Shown piece by piece: positions 51,881-62,492 of a stretch of 64,000 bases of DNA; position 1 is the first letter of the stretch; each line of letters opens with the position of its first letter. A model generated the notes under the pieces. That model made no database searches and was not told the origin of the DNA. It worked only from the letters and a program-made list of their open reading frames with translations. A program made the translations under genes and the position numbers. Source of the stretch: a virus (lineage: Duplodnaviria; Caudoviricetes); the IMG/VR virus record IMGVR_UViG_3300010362_000012, positions 1 through 64,000 of that record. One strand, written 5' to 3'.

Positions 51881-53436
51881 CGACGCTCGGCTGGGTGCCG
51901 GAATTTCGCTGCTGTTTTTGCGACAGCGAATTCATTCAGCGCACGGTGGACCGCGTCGCCGCCTGGGCGTGCCCGACCGACGAGTGTTTCGAGCGCCAAC
52001 TCGCGTACAAACAGCTCACCACCGACAAGCGGCTGTTTTTTCTGCCGCTGCCGAAGCAAGTCGAGCTCCTCGACGCGATCGAATCGCAGCAGTACGCGGC
52101 GATCGCCATCGGCGGGCATCGGAATTCGGCGAAATCGCATCTGTTACGGATGGTCGCGTATCGCTACTGCGGCAAATTCGAGAATTTCAGCGTGTTGTTC
52201 CTGCGGCGCACCATGCCGGAGCTGCGCCTGAATCACATGCGCTACGCGATCCGCGAAACCAAGCAGATCGGCGCGAAGTACATGACCAACTCAGTCGTCT
52301 GGGACAACGACAGCGAGCTGACGTGGGGGAGTTGCTTCGAACCCGATGCCTACAAGGCCTACATCGGCGGCGACGTCGATTTGATCGTCTTCGATCAGCT
52401 CGAGGAATTCGAACAGACCCAATTTGTCGAGATCATGCCCTCGACGGGCCGCACGCGGAAGCGATCGACCTGGCGCGGCCTCGTCCTGGCCGGCGAAAAC
52501 CCTGGCGGTCCGCTTTCGGCGTTCGTCGAGGAGATGTTCATCGACAAAACGTTCGATCGCACGAAATTTCCGGACTGGGATCCGTCGCAGTACCACTTCG
52601 TGGCCGCGAAACTCGAGGACAACCCATACGCGGACCCGCGGTACGTGCAAAACCTGGCCGGGCTCTCACCGGAGCGGCGCGCGATGTTCCGCTTCGGCCG
52701 GCGCGACGTGTTCCCGCGCCAATATTTCAAAACCTTCGTCCGGCACGACCGCGTGCAGCACATCGATGTGCCGCACGACGTCCCGCGCCTCTGCGGCCTG
52801 CACTGGGGCTTTTTCCGACCGGGGATCATGCTTTGGGCGGTCGTCCTGCCCGACGGGCGGCTCTACATCGAGCGCGAGCACACGTTCAACGAAACGGTCG
52901 CGAGCGATGTCGCCAAAGCGATCAGCCTGATCAACGCGCAATCGAAATTGACGATGAGCCAGGTGTGGGGCAACCCGCTGAAGACCGTTCCCGATGATGA
53001 AATCGGCGAGCACACGTTCGAAACGCTCTACCTGCACGGCGTGCCGGTGATCCGGTCCGATCACGATCCGATCAACGGGTGGCAACGACTCCAGCACTGG
53101 TTCCAGCCGATGATCACGCCGGCCGGCGAGCAGCCGGCGCTGATTGTGAGTCCGGACTGCTCGACGCTCATCCGGACCGTGCCGCAGCTCCTGCAGGCGA
53201 CGGCGAATCCCGAAGATCTCGACGATGACGGACCGGTGCAGGCGGCCAAGGCGCTGCGCTATCTCGTGATGTCGCGGCCGGAACCGCCGGGCGTCGCGCC
53301 GAAACCGGAGGGACGCGATCTGTCGAAGCTCGACGAGCGCACGCGCGCGGAGATTGAATACCTGCGTTCCGTCGAGCGCGACGAGCCGCGGGAGGTCGCA
53401 GCCTACAGCCTCGGCGACTTCTGGGGGACCACATGA
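51877..53436 (+). CDS. terL: Terminase large subunit (mirror copy)
   Basis: Mirror of 30989-32548. Confidence 0.9.
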   Translation: MTTLGWVPEFRCCFCDSEFIQRTVDRVAAWACPTDECFERQLAYKQLTTDKRLFFLPLPKQVELLDAIESQQYAAIAIGGHRNSAKSHLLRMVAYRYCGKFENFSVLFLRRTMPELRLNHMRYAIRETKQIGAKYMTNSVVWDNDSELTWGSCFEPDAYKAYIGGDVDLIVFDQLEEFEQTQFVEIMPSTGRTRKRSTWRGLVLAGENPGGPLSAFVEEMFIDKTFDRTKFPDWDPSQYHFVAAKLEDNPYADPRYVQNLAGLSPERRAMFRFGRRDVFPRQYFKTFVRHDRVQHIDVPHDVPRLCGLHWGFFRPGIMLWAVVLPDGRLYIEREHTFNETVASDVAKAISLINAQSKLTMSQVWGNPLKTVPDDEIGEHTFETLYLHGVPVIRSDHDPINGWQRLQHWFQPMITPAGEQPALIVSPDCSTLIRTVPQLLQATANPEDLDDDGPVQAAKALRYLVMSRPEPPGVAPKPEGRDLSKLDERTRAEIEYLRSVERDEPREVAAYSLGDFWGTT

Positions 53437-53810
53437 ACGAAATCGAAGCGATGCGCGACATGCGCGTGCGGCGGCTCGAGGCACACATTAGGCGCGTGCT
53501 CGATACGTTGCGCGACACGATTCAACTGGAGCGCGTGTCAGACGAAGATGGCTACGACATGCGCGTCCACTTCACCGACGACAGTGCGCGCGTGATTGCC
53601 CCGCTCATCCTGGCAGCCGAGATGTTGGGCGAGTTCAAGCCGAAGCACTTCGCCGCGCTGCGGACGGTGATCCTCGACTACATCGGCAAGTCGGGCTACG
53701 TCGAGGAATTCCATCGCGTGATCCAGGGCGACACGGTCACGATCGAAGAACTGATGCTGCTGATCATGACGACGGCCGATCATGCCGAACTGATCGAGCA
53801 GCAGCCATGA
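53433..53810 (+). CDS. Hypothetical protein (mirror copy)
   Basis: Mirror of 30615-30992. Confidence 0.65.
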   Translation: MNEIEAMRDMRVRRLEAHIRRVLDTLRDTIQLERVSDEDGYDMRVHFTDDSARVIAPLILAAEMLGEFKPKHFAALRTVILDYIGKSGYVEEFHRVIQGDTVTIEELMLLIMTTADHAELIEQQP

Positions 53811-54280
53811 AGAAGATCACCGACGGTGTCTACCAGGACGACGCCGGCGCGATGCATCTCGTCATCGAGGAGATGCTTGATGCGGCAGGATACGCCGACA
53901 CGCGCGAGAATCGCGAGACACTGACGCGCGCGGCCATCGAGCGCGTACGCGAGACGTGGCCGCAGGTGGCGATCAGGGTCGATGACGAGCCCGACGTGAC
54001 GCGTGTAGCCGTCTTCCACTGTCCGCGCTGCGGCCACAAGTCGGACGCGATCGGCTCGAGCGACGGATCGGTCGGCACCCCAGGACCGGGCGACGTCTGC
54101 GGGTGCCTCGCGTGCGGATTGCCGATGGTCTTCGACGTCGATCCGCTGACGGGCCTGCTGCGCCTGCGAACGATGATTCGCGCGGAATTCGACGCGCTGA
54201 GCGACCATCAGCAGCGCGAACTGATGCGCGTGAGTGCCTTCGCGCAGCAGGTGTTTCAACCGTCCAAGCGGATGAATTGA
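53807..54280 (+). CDS. Zinc-finger protein (mirror copy)
   Basis: Mirror of 30145-30618. Confidence 0.65.
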   Translation: MKKITDGVYQDDAGAMHLVIEEMLDAAGYADTRENRETLTRAAIERVRETWPQVAIRVDDEPDVTRVAVFHCPRCGHKSDAIGSSDGSVGTPGPGDVCGCLACGLPMVFDVDPLTGLLRLRTMIRAEFDALSDHQQRELMRVSAFAQQVFQPSKRMN

Positions 54281-54303
54281 CGTCGGGTGTACGATTCGAG
54301 GGC

Positions 54304-54654
54304 ATGTGGGGCGCTCGCCTCAAGATGCTCGAGGATCTCGCCGCTGAACGCGCCCGCCGTGAGGAACTGACCCGCCGCGTCGAGACGCAACAAACGACCA
54401 TCGCCTTCCTCTGCGCGCGCGTCAATCAGCTCGAGACGGAACGCGCGCTGCTGCTGAAGCAGATTCTGAACATCGACATCCCGGTCCCGACCCTCCAGGT
54501 GACGCCGGCCGCGACGCCCGCGAGTAGCGCGAGCGATCTGCTCGAGCAGATCTCCGCGATGGGGATTTTCGAAGACAACCCCGCGCACGCGCCCGCCGGC
54601 TGGCATCCGGATGGGACGGTGAATTACGGACGACTCCCGGCGCCGGCGAGGTGA
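54304..54654 (+). CDS. Coiled-coil protein (mirror copy)
   Basis: Mirror of 29771-30121. Confidence 0.6.
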   Translation: MWGARLKMLEDLAAERARREELTRRVETQQTTIAFLCARVNQLETERALLLKQILNIDIPVPTLQVTPAATPASSASDLLEQISAMGIFEDNPAHAPAGWHPDGTVNYGRLPAPAR

Positions 54655-54655
54655 T

Positions 54656-57076
54656 ATGGCGGTCGCGTCAGGGACGTTTGGTCGTGCTCCCGCCGTCGTG
54701 ACACCCGGCGGCGCCGGGGATCCCGACAGGCCGCTGCTCGAGCACTTCGACAAAGCCAAACGCGAATGTTTCGCCGACCGCTGGCGCTATGAACGCGTGT
54801 GGACGCGCGCGATTCACTACTGCAACATGCGCCAGTGGCTCGGCGTCTACGACCGCAACGGCGGTTGGATGGACAGCCGCGTCGCGAAGGGCGTGCCGCG
54901 GCCGGTGACGAGCAAGCCGAAAGAAGGCCTGCAGGCAATCCGCGCGATGTTCACGGCGGCGACGTTGGGCGTGGACGTGCGGCCGTTGAAGAACGACGTC
55001 CAGTCGATGACGACGGCGACGACCGCCGACAAACTCGCGCCGGTGTTGTATATCGCCAACGACATGGACCAGGTGCTGCACGAAGGCGATTACTGGTTCA
55101 TCGTCACGGGCAATGTGATTTATCACGTCAGCTACGACGATGACGGGACGTACCTCCAAGTGCCGTTCGAACGCTGTCTCTCGTGCGGCTACGAAGTGAC
55201 GAGCGACGTGATCGCGAAAGCCGGGCAGAAATGTCCGATGTGCGGCAAACCCGGCCCGTTTGTGCGCGCGGTCGGTCCCGACGGGCGGCCGCGGATGGAC
55301 GTGCGCGCCAACGGCCACACCGTCACCACCGCGCTCTCGCCGCTCGAGGTCGCGTTCCCCTTCATGCGGCCACGCTGGAGCCTCGTCGATCGGCTGATCC
55401 GGATGCGCTGGCGCACGAAGGCCTACTATGAATCGCAGCCGGCGCTCGAGCCGTACGTGAAGCGCATCACGTTCGCGAAAACCTCGACCGAGCGGTCGCT
55501 GCAGATTTTCCAGTCGCTGCCGTTCCAGACCGAGCTCAGTCCGAACCTGCTCGGCACGGCCGCGGGCAGCGGCGACGAAGAAGGCGTCGCCGAATACGAG
55601 CTCTGGGAACGCCCGACGCCGATGCGGCCCGACGGGTTCGTGATGCGCGTCGCCGGCGACAGCACGCCCGTCGTGCTCCATCTCGAGGAGACGGAGGGCT
55701 TGCCCGGCCCACTGCCGTATCACGAAGCGAACGGTAATCCGCTCTGGACGTTTCACCACGCAGCGTACGAACACGTCGGCGGGCGCGTGCTCGGCACCGG
55801 CGCGCTCGATCCCGCGATGGGGAAGTTCGATCAGCTGAATCGCCTCGACTCGATCGTCGAGATGATGATGACGCGGATGGCGATTCCGCAGATCTTGAAA
55901 CCCAAAGGCCAGGACATCCAGTGGCTCGGCGATTCGCCGGCCATGCCGGGCCTCATCGCCGAATACGCGCCGGCGCCGGGCGGCGGCAAACCGGAACAGT
56001 GGCCCGGCCAGGATCCGCCGCGGTCGTGGGTGCAGCTCCGGCTGCAGATCAGCGAGGAGATTGACGCGGCGCTCGGCACGAACGACGTGCTGCGCGGACG
56101 CAAACCGCCGAACGTCGAAGCGTTCTCCGCGATGCAGTTGCTCGTCGAGGCGGGCGAAGCGCGCTTCGCCGGGGCGTTCAAATCGCGCGCGCTCGCGTTC
56201 CGCGATCTGACGCGCTCGCAGATTGAAATCGAACGCGAATTCGGTCCTGAGAAACGCGTGCAGTCGGTGATCACGCCCGGCCGCGGGTATAACTTCCAGA
56301 CCTTCCAGCGTGCGGATCTCGACGGCGAGGTCACGTTCGAAGTGGCGGACGGCAGCACCAAGCCGAAAACTCAGCTCGCCGAGCGCGCGTCGATCGAGCA
56401 TCTCAAACAACTCGGCGGCGTCGATATCAACAATCCCGATACGCAATACGCGGTCTACCAGAAACTCGGACAGACCGATCTGATTCCGGCGACCGACAAT
56501 CAGCATCAGGCGGCGCTACAGAATCAGGAACTGTTCATGAACTGGATTCGCACGCCTGCTGCGTTGACGTACGTTCCGCAGGCTGCACCTCCGGCGGCGG
56601 GGGCGGAGGGAGGGATTCCGCCTCCGCCACCGGATCCAAGCACGGATCCGACCTACCCGTTTGTCTTGCAGCCGTGGTACGAGGTCCCCATCCACCGCAT
56701 CGAGCTCGTCAAGTGGGCGGTCAGCGACGAGGCCATCGAGTTGTTCAAGATGATTCCGAAGGCGCGGTACTTCGTGGCGAAATATCTCGGCGAGATGGAT
56801 CAGAAGATCGGCAACGCCACGACGCCGCCGCCAGAGAAACCGAAGATCTCCTACAGCTTCGGCAGCGAGGACATGGCCGCCGATCCGGCTGTGCGTCAGG
56901 CCTTCCTCGCCGCCGCGGACATTCCGCCGCCGGCGTCGCGCACCGCGCCCGGCGAACCGGGCGGCCCGCCGCAAGGCGCCGGCCTGGCGATGGCGAACAG
57001 CAATCAGAATACGGCGCCGATCGGCAACCAGGCGCAGCCGGCCATGCCGGCCGTCGGCGCGGGACCGGGGACGTAG
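54656..57076 (+). CDS. Portal protein (mirror copy)
   Basis: Mirror of 27349-29769. Confidence 0.8.
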   Translation: MAVASGTFGRAPAVVTPGGAGDPDRPLLEHFDKAKRECFADRWRYERVWTRAIHYCNMRQWLGVYDRNGGWMDSRVAKGVPRPVTSKPKEGLQAIRAMFTAATLGVDVRPLKNDVQSMTTATTADKLAPVLYIANDMDQVLHEGDYWFIVTGNVIYHVSYDDDGTYLQVPFERCLSCGYEVTSDVIAKAGQKCPMCGKPGPFVRAVGPDGRPRMDVRANGHTVTTALSPLEVAFPFMRPRWSLVDRLIRMRWRTKAYYESQPALEPYVKRITFAKTSTERSLQIFQSLPFQTELSPNLLGTAAGSGDEEGVAEYELWERPTPMRPDGFVMRVAGDSTPVVLHLEETEGLPGPLPYHEANGNPLWTFHHAAYEHVGGRVLGTGALDPAMGKFDQLNRLDSIVEMMMTRMAIPQILKPKGQDIQWLGDSPAMPGLIAEYAPAPGGGKPEQWPGQDPPRSWVQLRLQISEEIDAALGTNDVLRGRKPPNVEAFSAMQLLVEAGEARFAGAFKSRALAFRDLTRSQIEIEREFGPEKRVQSVITPGRGYNFQTFQRADLDGEVTFEVADGSTKPKTQLAERASIEHLKQLGGVDINNPDTQYAVYQKLGQTDLIPATDNQHQAALQNQELFMNWIRTPAALTYVPQAAPPAAGAEGGIPPPPPDPSTDPTYPFVLQPWYEVPIHRIELVKWAVSDEAIELFKMIPKARYFVAKYLGEMDQKIGNATTPPPEKPKISYSFGSEDMAADPAVRQAFLAAADIPPPASRTAPGEPGGPPQGAGLAMANSNQNTAPIGNQAQPAMPAVGAGPGT

Positions 57077-57313
57077 ATGCGGGATGCGCTCGCGGCGTTG
57101 ATGCGCGCGACCCGATCAGGCCCGACGTTGTCGCCGACCGAGCGCGCGACCTACAACGCGCTGCATGCGAAGCTGGATGCCGCCACGACGCCGGACGATC
57201 AGGCGTACTGGCAGACCCAACTCAACAGTTTGCCGCCGCGGGTGCTCCAGGTCACCGGCCAGGAAGAGCGCCAGCGGTACCTTGAGGCCATCAACCCCAC
57301 CGGCACCGGATGA
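57077..57313 (+). CDS. Hypothetical protein (mirror copy)
   Basis: Mirror of 27112-27348. Confidence 0.55.
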   Translation: MRDALAALMRATRSGPTLSPTERATYNALHAKLDAATTPDDQAYWQTQLNSLPPRVLQVTGQEERQRYLEAINPTGTG

Positions 57314-57496
57314 GCAGGCTTGGCATGGCCCAAAACTCGGGTGTATAGTCCACCGCGTACGACCTCGTGTAACAAACCGCTGCGACCTCCCTCCGGTCGC
57401 ACACTCGCGTAAGACCCGACCTCACGCGTACGACCCAAACCGCGATCGTGTAATACGCAATCCCGCGTAACACCTGTTCGGGAAAGGCACGGCGTC

Positions 57497-58381
57497 ATGA
57501 CACTCACTCATTGGGACAGCCCGACTGTGTACTTTGCTGCGGAGTCTGGCGCCGGCGGTGGCGCCACTGGGAGCACTGTCAGCCCCCCTGGCGGTGATGG
57601 GGCGGCAGCCCCGGCCCAGGCTCCTGTAGCGGCCGACGGCGCGGCGGCGGCCGGCGGCGAGAAGACGTTCACCTACAAGGAAGATCGCTCGGCCTGGATC
57701 GATCCCGATCGCTACCGGCGCGCGGAAGCGGCGGTCAATCGCACGGCGAGCGAGCTCGAGCGCGCGCGCGGCTACATCGCCGAACAGAACCGCCGCATCG
57801 CCGCCCTCGCCGGCGTGGCTCCGTCGGATCCGAAACAGGCGGAAGCGGAGCAGATCGCCAACGCGTTCTACAGCCTGCCGCAGTTCGCGCACTTGCGCTA
57901 CGTCACGCCGGAATTGATTCGGAGCGTCGCGGCGTTGGTCCAGGACGGAAGCTCGATCACCGCGGCCCGCGATCACGTCTGGAATGCCCACACCGATCGG
58001 TTCCTCGACCGTCTCGACGAGGCCTTCGCCACCGAGATCGGTGTGGACGCGTTGACGCCCGGCCAACAGGGCAAATTGCGCGCGGCGTTCGGCGCCCTCA
58101 TTCCCGACGAGCGCACGGACCCGCAGGGACACGCGGCGTTCGCGCGACGCTACGAGGCCAACGACGAGACGCTGATCGACGACTTCGTGAAGGAGTACGT
58201 CACCGACATGCTCGAACCCGCGCGGCGCCAGGCCACCATCCCGATGCTGCGGCGCCCCGTGCCGCGCAGCGGGCCGGCCGCGCCGGTGGTCACGCAAAAA
58301 GGCAAACCGGATTACAGCAACATGACCGTGCAGCAGATGCTCGAGCACGCTGAGAAGGAAGCCGAAGCACTCGGGCGCTGA
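57497..58381 (+). CDS. Scaffolding protein (mirror copy)
   Basis: Mirror of 26044-26928. Confidence 0.65.
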   Translation: MTLTHWDSPTVYFAAESGAGGGATGSTVSPPGGDGAAAPAQAPVAADGAAAAGGEKTFTYKEDRSAWIDPDRYRRAEAAVNRTASELERARGYIAEQNRRIAALAGVAPSDPKQAEAEQIANAFYSLPQFAHLRYVTPELIRSVAALVQDGSSITAARDHVWNAHTDRFLDRLDEAFATEIGVDALTPGQQGKLRAAFGALIPDERTDPQGHAAFARRYEANDETLIDDFVKEYVTDMLEPARRQATIPMLRRPVPRSGPAAPVVTQKGKPDYSNMTVQQMLEHAEKEAEALGR

Positions 58382-58425
58382 TCCCCGGTTCTCGCGCGCG
58401 TCAATGGGCTGAGTGAGGATGCATC

Positions 58426-59751
58426 ATGGCTGGACCCGGATCAGATGCTGCGACAGAGGACGGCCTCCTCAAAACGACCTACGAGGATGTCATCGCCGAA
58501 GGCGTGCTGAAAAAGTTTCAGCTCCGCGACGCATTCAAACCCAAAGATTCCCCCTGGGACGGCGGGCGCGGAAAAGAGTGGAGCGCGCACGTCGAGAGAA
58601 ACAACTCCCCGATGGCCGTCGGCTCCGATAGCGCGATCCCGGTCGCCGACAATCAGAAGTACATCACCGGGTTCATCACGCAGCGCAAGATCATGGCGCG
58701 GTGGCGTGTCACGCAGGAACAACTCGATGACACGCAGTCACGCGAGGGCGCGTATCGATCGACACGCTCGGAGAACATGGAGCGTCTCATCGATGACATC
58801 GCCTATCGAGAAGAATTTTACCTGGGGAGTGATGGGCGGGGCGTCTTCGCGATTGTCGATGCTACCACATCGGGCACGACGCTCGAGCTCAATTCCCCCG
58901 GCAACGTCTCCTCGACCGGCGTCGCGATCACGAGCGCGTTCGGCAATCGCTTCATCAAGCGCGGCATGACGCTCGCTGCGATCAATCCCGCAAACGGTGT
59001 CATCCGCACGAATACGCCGAAAGTCACGGCAGTCAACAGCGACGGCACCGACGTGACGGTGTCGGCCGCGCCGAGCTGGACGACGGGCGACTACGTGGTG
59101 CAGGCGGCGAACACGTCCGTCACCGATGCGCTCGATACCGCGTACGAGAAAGCGCCCTGGGGCATCACCGCGCTCATCGATGACGGGACCTACCGACAGA
59201 ACTATTTCGGCGTCGATCGCGCGCTCTACCCGAACTACACGTCCTACGTCTCGGCCTCGACCGGCGCGTTGTCGTTCGATCTGCTGCAGCGCGTGAGCGA
59301 CATCGTCAACCAGCGACTCGACGGCGAGGTCAATGCGATCTGGTCGCATCACTCGGTGCGTCGCGTCTACATCCTGCTGACCCAGGCCGATCGCCGCTAC
59401 GCCGATCAATCGAGCCGCATGAATCCCGACGGCGGCACGCGCGCGTTCCAGCAGGAAGACCTGACGATGGGGTCCGTCGCGTACAAAGCGATCCGCACCC
59501 TGCCGCTGCGAAGCATGTTCCTCGTGGACACGACCGGCGGCGACTTCGTGAGGTACACCAGCGAGAAAGGCAAGTGGGTGAGCGGCACCAGCGGCGAGAT
59601 CCTCGTCCGAGATGGAACCGGCGTGGCAGCGCGCCACAGTTGGGAGGCGTGGTATTACAAGCGCTACAACCTGTTTTGCCGCAATCCTGGCAAGTGCGCG
59701 CGGCTCGACGGCCTAACTGGCATGACGTTCGTTGTCGTGCGTGGTGAATAG
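58426..59751 (+). CDS. Major capsid protein (mirror copy)
   Basis: Mirror of 24674-25999. Confidence 0.85.
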   Translation: MAGPGSDAATEDGLLKTTYEDVIAEGVLKKFQLRDAFKPKDSPWDGGRGKEWSAHVERNNSPMAVGSDSAIPVADNQKYITGFITQRKIMARWRVTQEQLDDTQSREGAYRSTRSENMERLIDDIAYREEFYLGSDGRGVFAIVDATTSGTTLELNSPGNVSSTGVAITSAFGNRFIKRGMTLAAINPANGVIRTNTPKVTAVNSDGTDVTVSAAPSWTTGDYVVQAANTSVTDALDTAYEKAPWGITALIDDGTYRQNYFGVDRALYPNYTSYVSASTGALSFDLLQRVSDIVNQRLDGEVNAIWSHHSVRRVYILLTQADRRYADQSSRMNPDGGTRAFQQEDLTMGSVAYKAIRTLPLRSMFLVDTTGGDFVRYTSEKGKWVSGTSGEILVRDGTGVAARHSWEAWYYKRYNLFCRNPGKCARLDGLTGMTFVVVRGE

Positions 59752-59783
59752 CGAATCGAGATTCGACGACTGACGAGGAGAGC

Positions 59784-60317
59784 ATGACCATGCGACGAAT
59801 CGGACTGAGTCTCGCGTTGATCCTGCTGGGCGTGACCCTGCTCGCGAACAGCGTGCATCTGAAAGGCGGCGCGAACGCGCAACCCAGCTTCAATGATCTC
59901 GGACTGGCCTTGGAAGCCGCGGCATCGCTCGCGGGGTTAGGCAACGGGGATGTCCTCGTCACGCTGGCCGCCACGGCCAACGTCACGGCAACCTGCACCA
60001 ACCAGGGCGGCAATGCGGCACCGGGGCAGAACCCCGCGCCGATCAGCGTCTCTGGCAGTCAGGCGATTCCGGAGGAGGCGATCAAAAACGGGACGACGCC
60101 ATTCGATGTGGTGACCATTGCGCCCGTGGCGATCATTCCCGGCGCGCCCGATTGCGCCAACCCCAATTGGACGGAAGCCATCACCGACCTGTCGTTCACC
60201 AGCGCGACGATCACCGTGGAACAACCGCCAGGCACACGCGTGCTGAGCGTCGGCTGTACGTTCACGCCGGCGACGACGAATGGGGCTGTGCCCGGCGCCA
60301 CCGTCGCCTGTTCATAG
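59784..60317 (+). CDS. Secreted protein (mirror copy)
   Basis: Mirror of 24108-24641. Confidence 0.7.
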   Translation: MTMRRIGLSLALILLGVTLLANSVHLKGGANAQPSFNDLGLALEAAASLAGLGNGDVLVTLAATANVTATCTNQGGNAAPGQNPAPISVSGSQAIPEEAIKNGTTPFDVVTIAPVAIIPGAPDCANPNWTEAITDLSFTSATITVEQPPGTRVLSVGCTFTPATTNGAVPGATVACS

Positions 60318-60329
60318 AGGGAACTGCTC

Positions 60330-60728
60330 ATGCAATTCGGGGATACCGTCCTGCTCGTCAACCGCACCACGAAGATGCTGTCGGCGCAGTGGGACGGCAC
60401 GCACTACCACTTCGAACCCGGCGAGACGCCGAACGTGCCGACCGCGATCGCCGTTGCGGCAGTCAAGCAGAACCCGCTGCTCGGCTCAGAGGATCCGCTC
60501 GGCGACCCGAATCTCTTCACGTCGCTGTTCGGCATCAAAGGCGCGCGCGATCCCTTCGGCGACTGCTCGCCGCTCGAGCAGAGCAACGCCGGCGAACGGA
60601 TCGATCGCACCAAGGTACTGGGCGTCGGCCGCAAGGTGAAGGGCATGAACGCGGGCGGCCCGACGCACTTCGATGCGCGCCAGGGCGTGGAGACGGTCAA
60701 CCTGCAGGACGACGCCGAACGCCGATGA
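60330..60728 (+). CDS. Hypothetical protein (mirror copy)
   Basis: Mirror of 23697-24095. Confidence 0.7.
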   Translation: MQFGDTVLLVNRTTKMLSAQWDGTHYHFEPGETPNVPTAIAVAAVKQNPLLGSEDPLGDPNLFTSLFGIKGARDPFGDCSPLEQSNAGERIDRTKVLGVGRKVKGMNAGGPTHFDARQGVETVNLQDDAERR

Positions 60729-61297
60729 TCGAGCTGGGCGCGATCTACGTGCGGGATCTGAATCCCTTCAACCTCGAGCCGCCACCGCTCTGGTGGCAGC
60801 AGGGATTGTGGGCCTTCGATGCGGATTTGCGGATGCTGCCCGGTCGCAAAAAACCCGTCTGGTGGTTGGCGCGGGTGAAACGCTACAGCAAAGGCCTGAC
60901 GGGTGAGGCGATCATCGACGACCAGAACGACACGGCCATGTTCGTCAAGCATGACCTGGTGCCGGTGACGTGGATCGCCAGTACCGACGGCTGGAGCGAA
61001 GGCTTTCTCACCTACGTCGTCGGCGAGCTCGCGGCGCGGGATACCTGGGCGGTCGAAGGCGGGCCGCTCACGGAGGATCGCGTCAAGAAGGCGATGTTCG
61101 AAGGCGGATCGAAATACGGCGAGATGCTGGATGAACGCGATGCCGCCGAGCGCCGCGGAATCGATCGCGAGGTGCGCGACGACGTCTATCACGCAACAGG
61201 TGACGCGTGGCGAAGTCTTCAGGCCCGAACAGGCGAGCGAGTCCTCAACGCCGGAAGACCCAGCGACCTGCCGCCCCCCACGGAGCCAAGCGCATGA
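60725..61297 (+). CDS. Hypothetical protein (mirror copy)
   Basis: Mirror of 23128-23700. Confidence 0.65.
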   Translation: MIELGAIYVRDLNPFNLEPPPLWWQQGLWAFDADLRMLPGRKKPVWWLARVKRYSKGLTGEAIIDDQNDTAMFVKHDLVPVTWIASTDGWSEGFLTYVVGELAARDTWAVEGGPLTEDRVKKAMFEGGSKYGEMLDERDAAERRGIDREVRDDVYHATGDAWRSLQARTGERVLNAGRPSDLPPPTEPSA

Positions 61298-61623
61298 CGA
61301 AACGAGTCGAGCACGACGACGAACCGAATGATGTAGCGGTGCCGACCTCGATGCGGATGTCCATCGCCGACCCGACCACGCTTGCGTTCACGCTTGATCC
61401 CAGCAGTGGACCGGAGCACACGGCGATTGTGATCACCGGCACCGACTTCGGCGATCAACCGGGCACGCTGTTTCTCAATGAAGTGCCGGCACCCGTCGTG
61501 CTCTGGACGCCGCTGGTGATCCAGACGCTCGTGCCGTACGGCGCGACGAGCGGCGAGCTCGTGGTGACGACGACCGATGGCCGCCGGGGTGCGGCGACGT
61601 TCACCGTGACCGAGAAGGACTGA
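61294..61623 (+). CDS. IPT/TIG domain protein (mirror copy)
   Basis: Mirror of 22802-23131. Confidence 0.8.
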   Translation: MTKRVEHDDEPNDVAVPTSMRMSIADPTTLAFTLDPSSGPEHTAIVITGTDFGDQPGTLFLNEVPAPVVLWTPLVIQTLVPYGATSGELVVTTTDGRRGAATFTVTEKD

Positions 61624-61904
61624 TGCCCGACGACCCGCGCCGGCCGTTTACGCCCAATGTCTTCTGGTCGGGCGAGTCGCGCATGCCGGCGCCGGCGCCG
61701 CCCGACAAGGATGCGGCCACGATGGACTGGCTGCAGAACTGGTACGCGCAGCAACCGGGACTGATCGACAAGCTCGCCGGCGTCGGCTTGAAATTGCAAT
61801 CGCTGCTCCCAAGGAAGCGGGAAGACATCGAGCTGCCGCCGTCCCCGAACGGATCGATCGCGGCGCTGCGTCGGAAAACTCAATCACGAGGAGACGGCCG
61901 ATGA
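61623..61904 (+). CDS. Hypothetical protein (mirror copy)
   Basis: Mirror of 22521-22802. Confidence 0.55.
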   Translation: MPDDPRRPFTPNVFWSGESRMPAPAPPDKDAATMDWLQNWYAQQPGLIDKLAGVGLKLQSLLPRKREDIELPPSPNGSIAALRRKTQSRGDGR

Positions 61905-62482
61905 ACTGGACGAAGCAATTTACGCAGTCGCCCGACGGCTATCTGTGGGCGAACCAGGCGGCGGCGGCCGCCATCGAAGCGGAGTCCGCCATCTGGCAAC
62001 GCGTGGACATGGCGCTTGCCGGCGCGACGCCCGGCGCGCAGCGGGCCTTCGATGGCTTGCGGCGATGGATGGCGCAGCACCTCCAGGCGCCGCAGGCGCG
62101 CTTCACGCCGCTCGTCAACTCGACCAGCGGGCTGATCACGGCGTCCACCGGCGGCCTCTACGGCCTGATCGCGACGCGGCTGTATGGTGTCTACATCCGC
62201 AAGACGAACGTCGCCGGATCCTCGACAGCCAGCTATTTGAAATTTTTCGACGACGGCACGGACGGCGCGCTCTCGGGCATGACCGCCGCGAGCCGTCTCG
62301 TGATTCCGCTTGGCGCCGTGTCGAGCGGCAACCCCGGCACGCTCTACGAGGGCTTGTACGTGAACCCGAACGGCCTCGCCGTCGCGAACGGTCTGCGGTT
62401 CGCGCTCGTCACGCTCGCCGATACGTTCACGATTTCGGCGGCGGCGGACGGTGGCGACGGCTTCGCGATCACCGCGCCGTAG
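61901..62482 (+). CDS. Putative minor virion protein (mirror copy)
   Basis: Mirror of 21943-22524. Confidence 0.6.
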   Translation: MNWTKQFTQSPDGYLWANQAAAAAIEAESAIWQRVDMALAGATPGAQRAFDGLRRWMAQHLQAPQARFTPLVNSTSGLITASTGGLYGLIATRLYGVYIRKTNVAGSSTASYLKFFDDGTDGALSGMTAASRLVIPLGAVSSGNPGTLYEGLYVNPNGLAVANGLRFALVTLADTFTISAAADGGDGFAITAP

Positions 62483-62492
62483 GGAGGATTCC

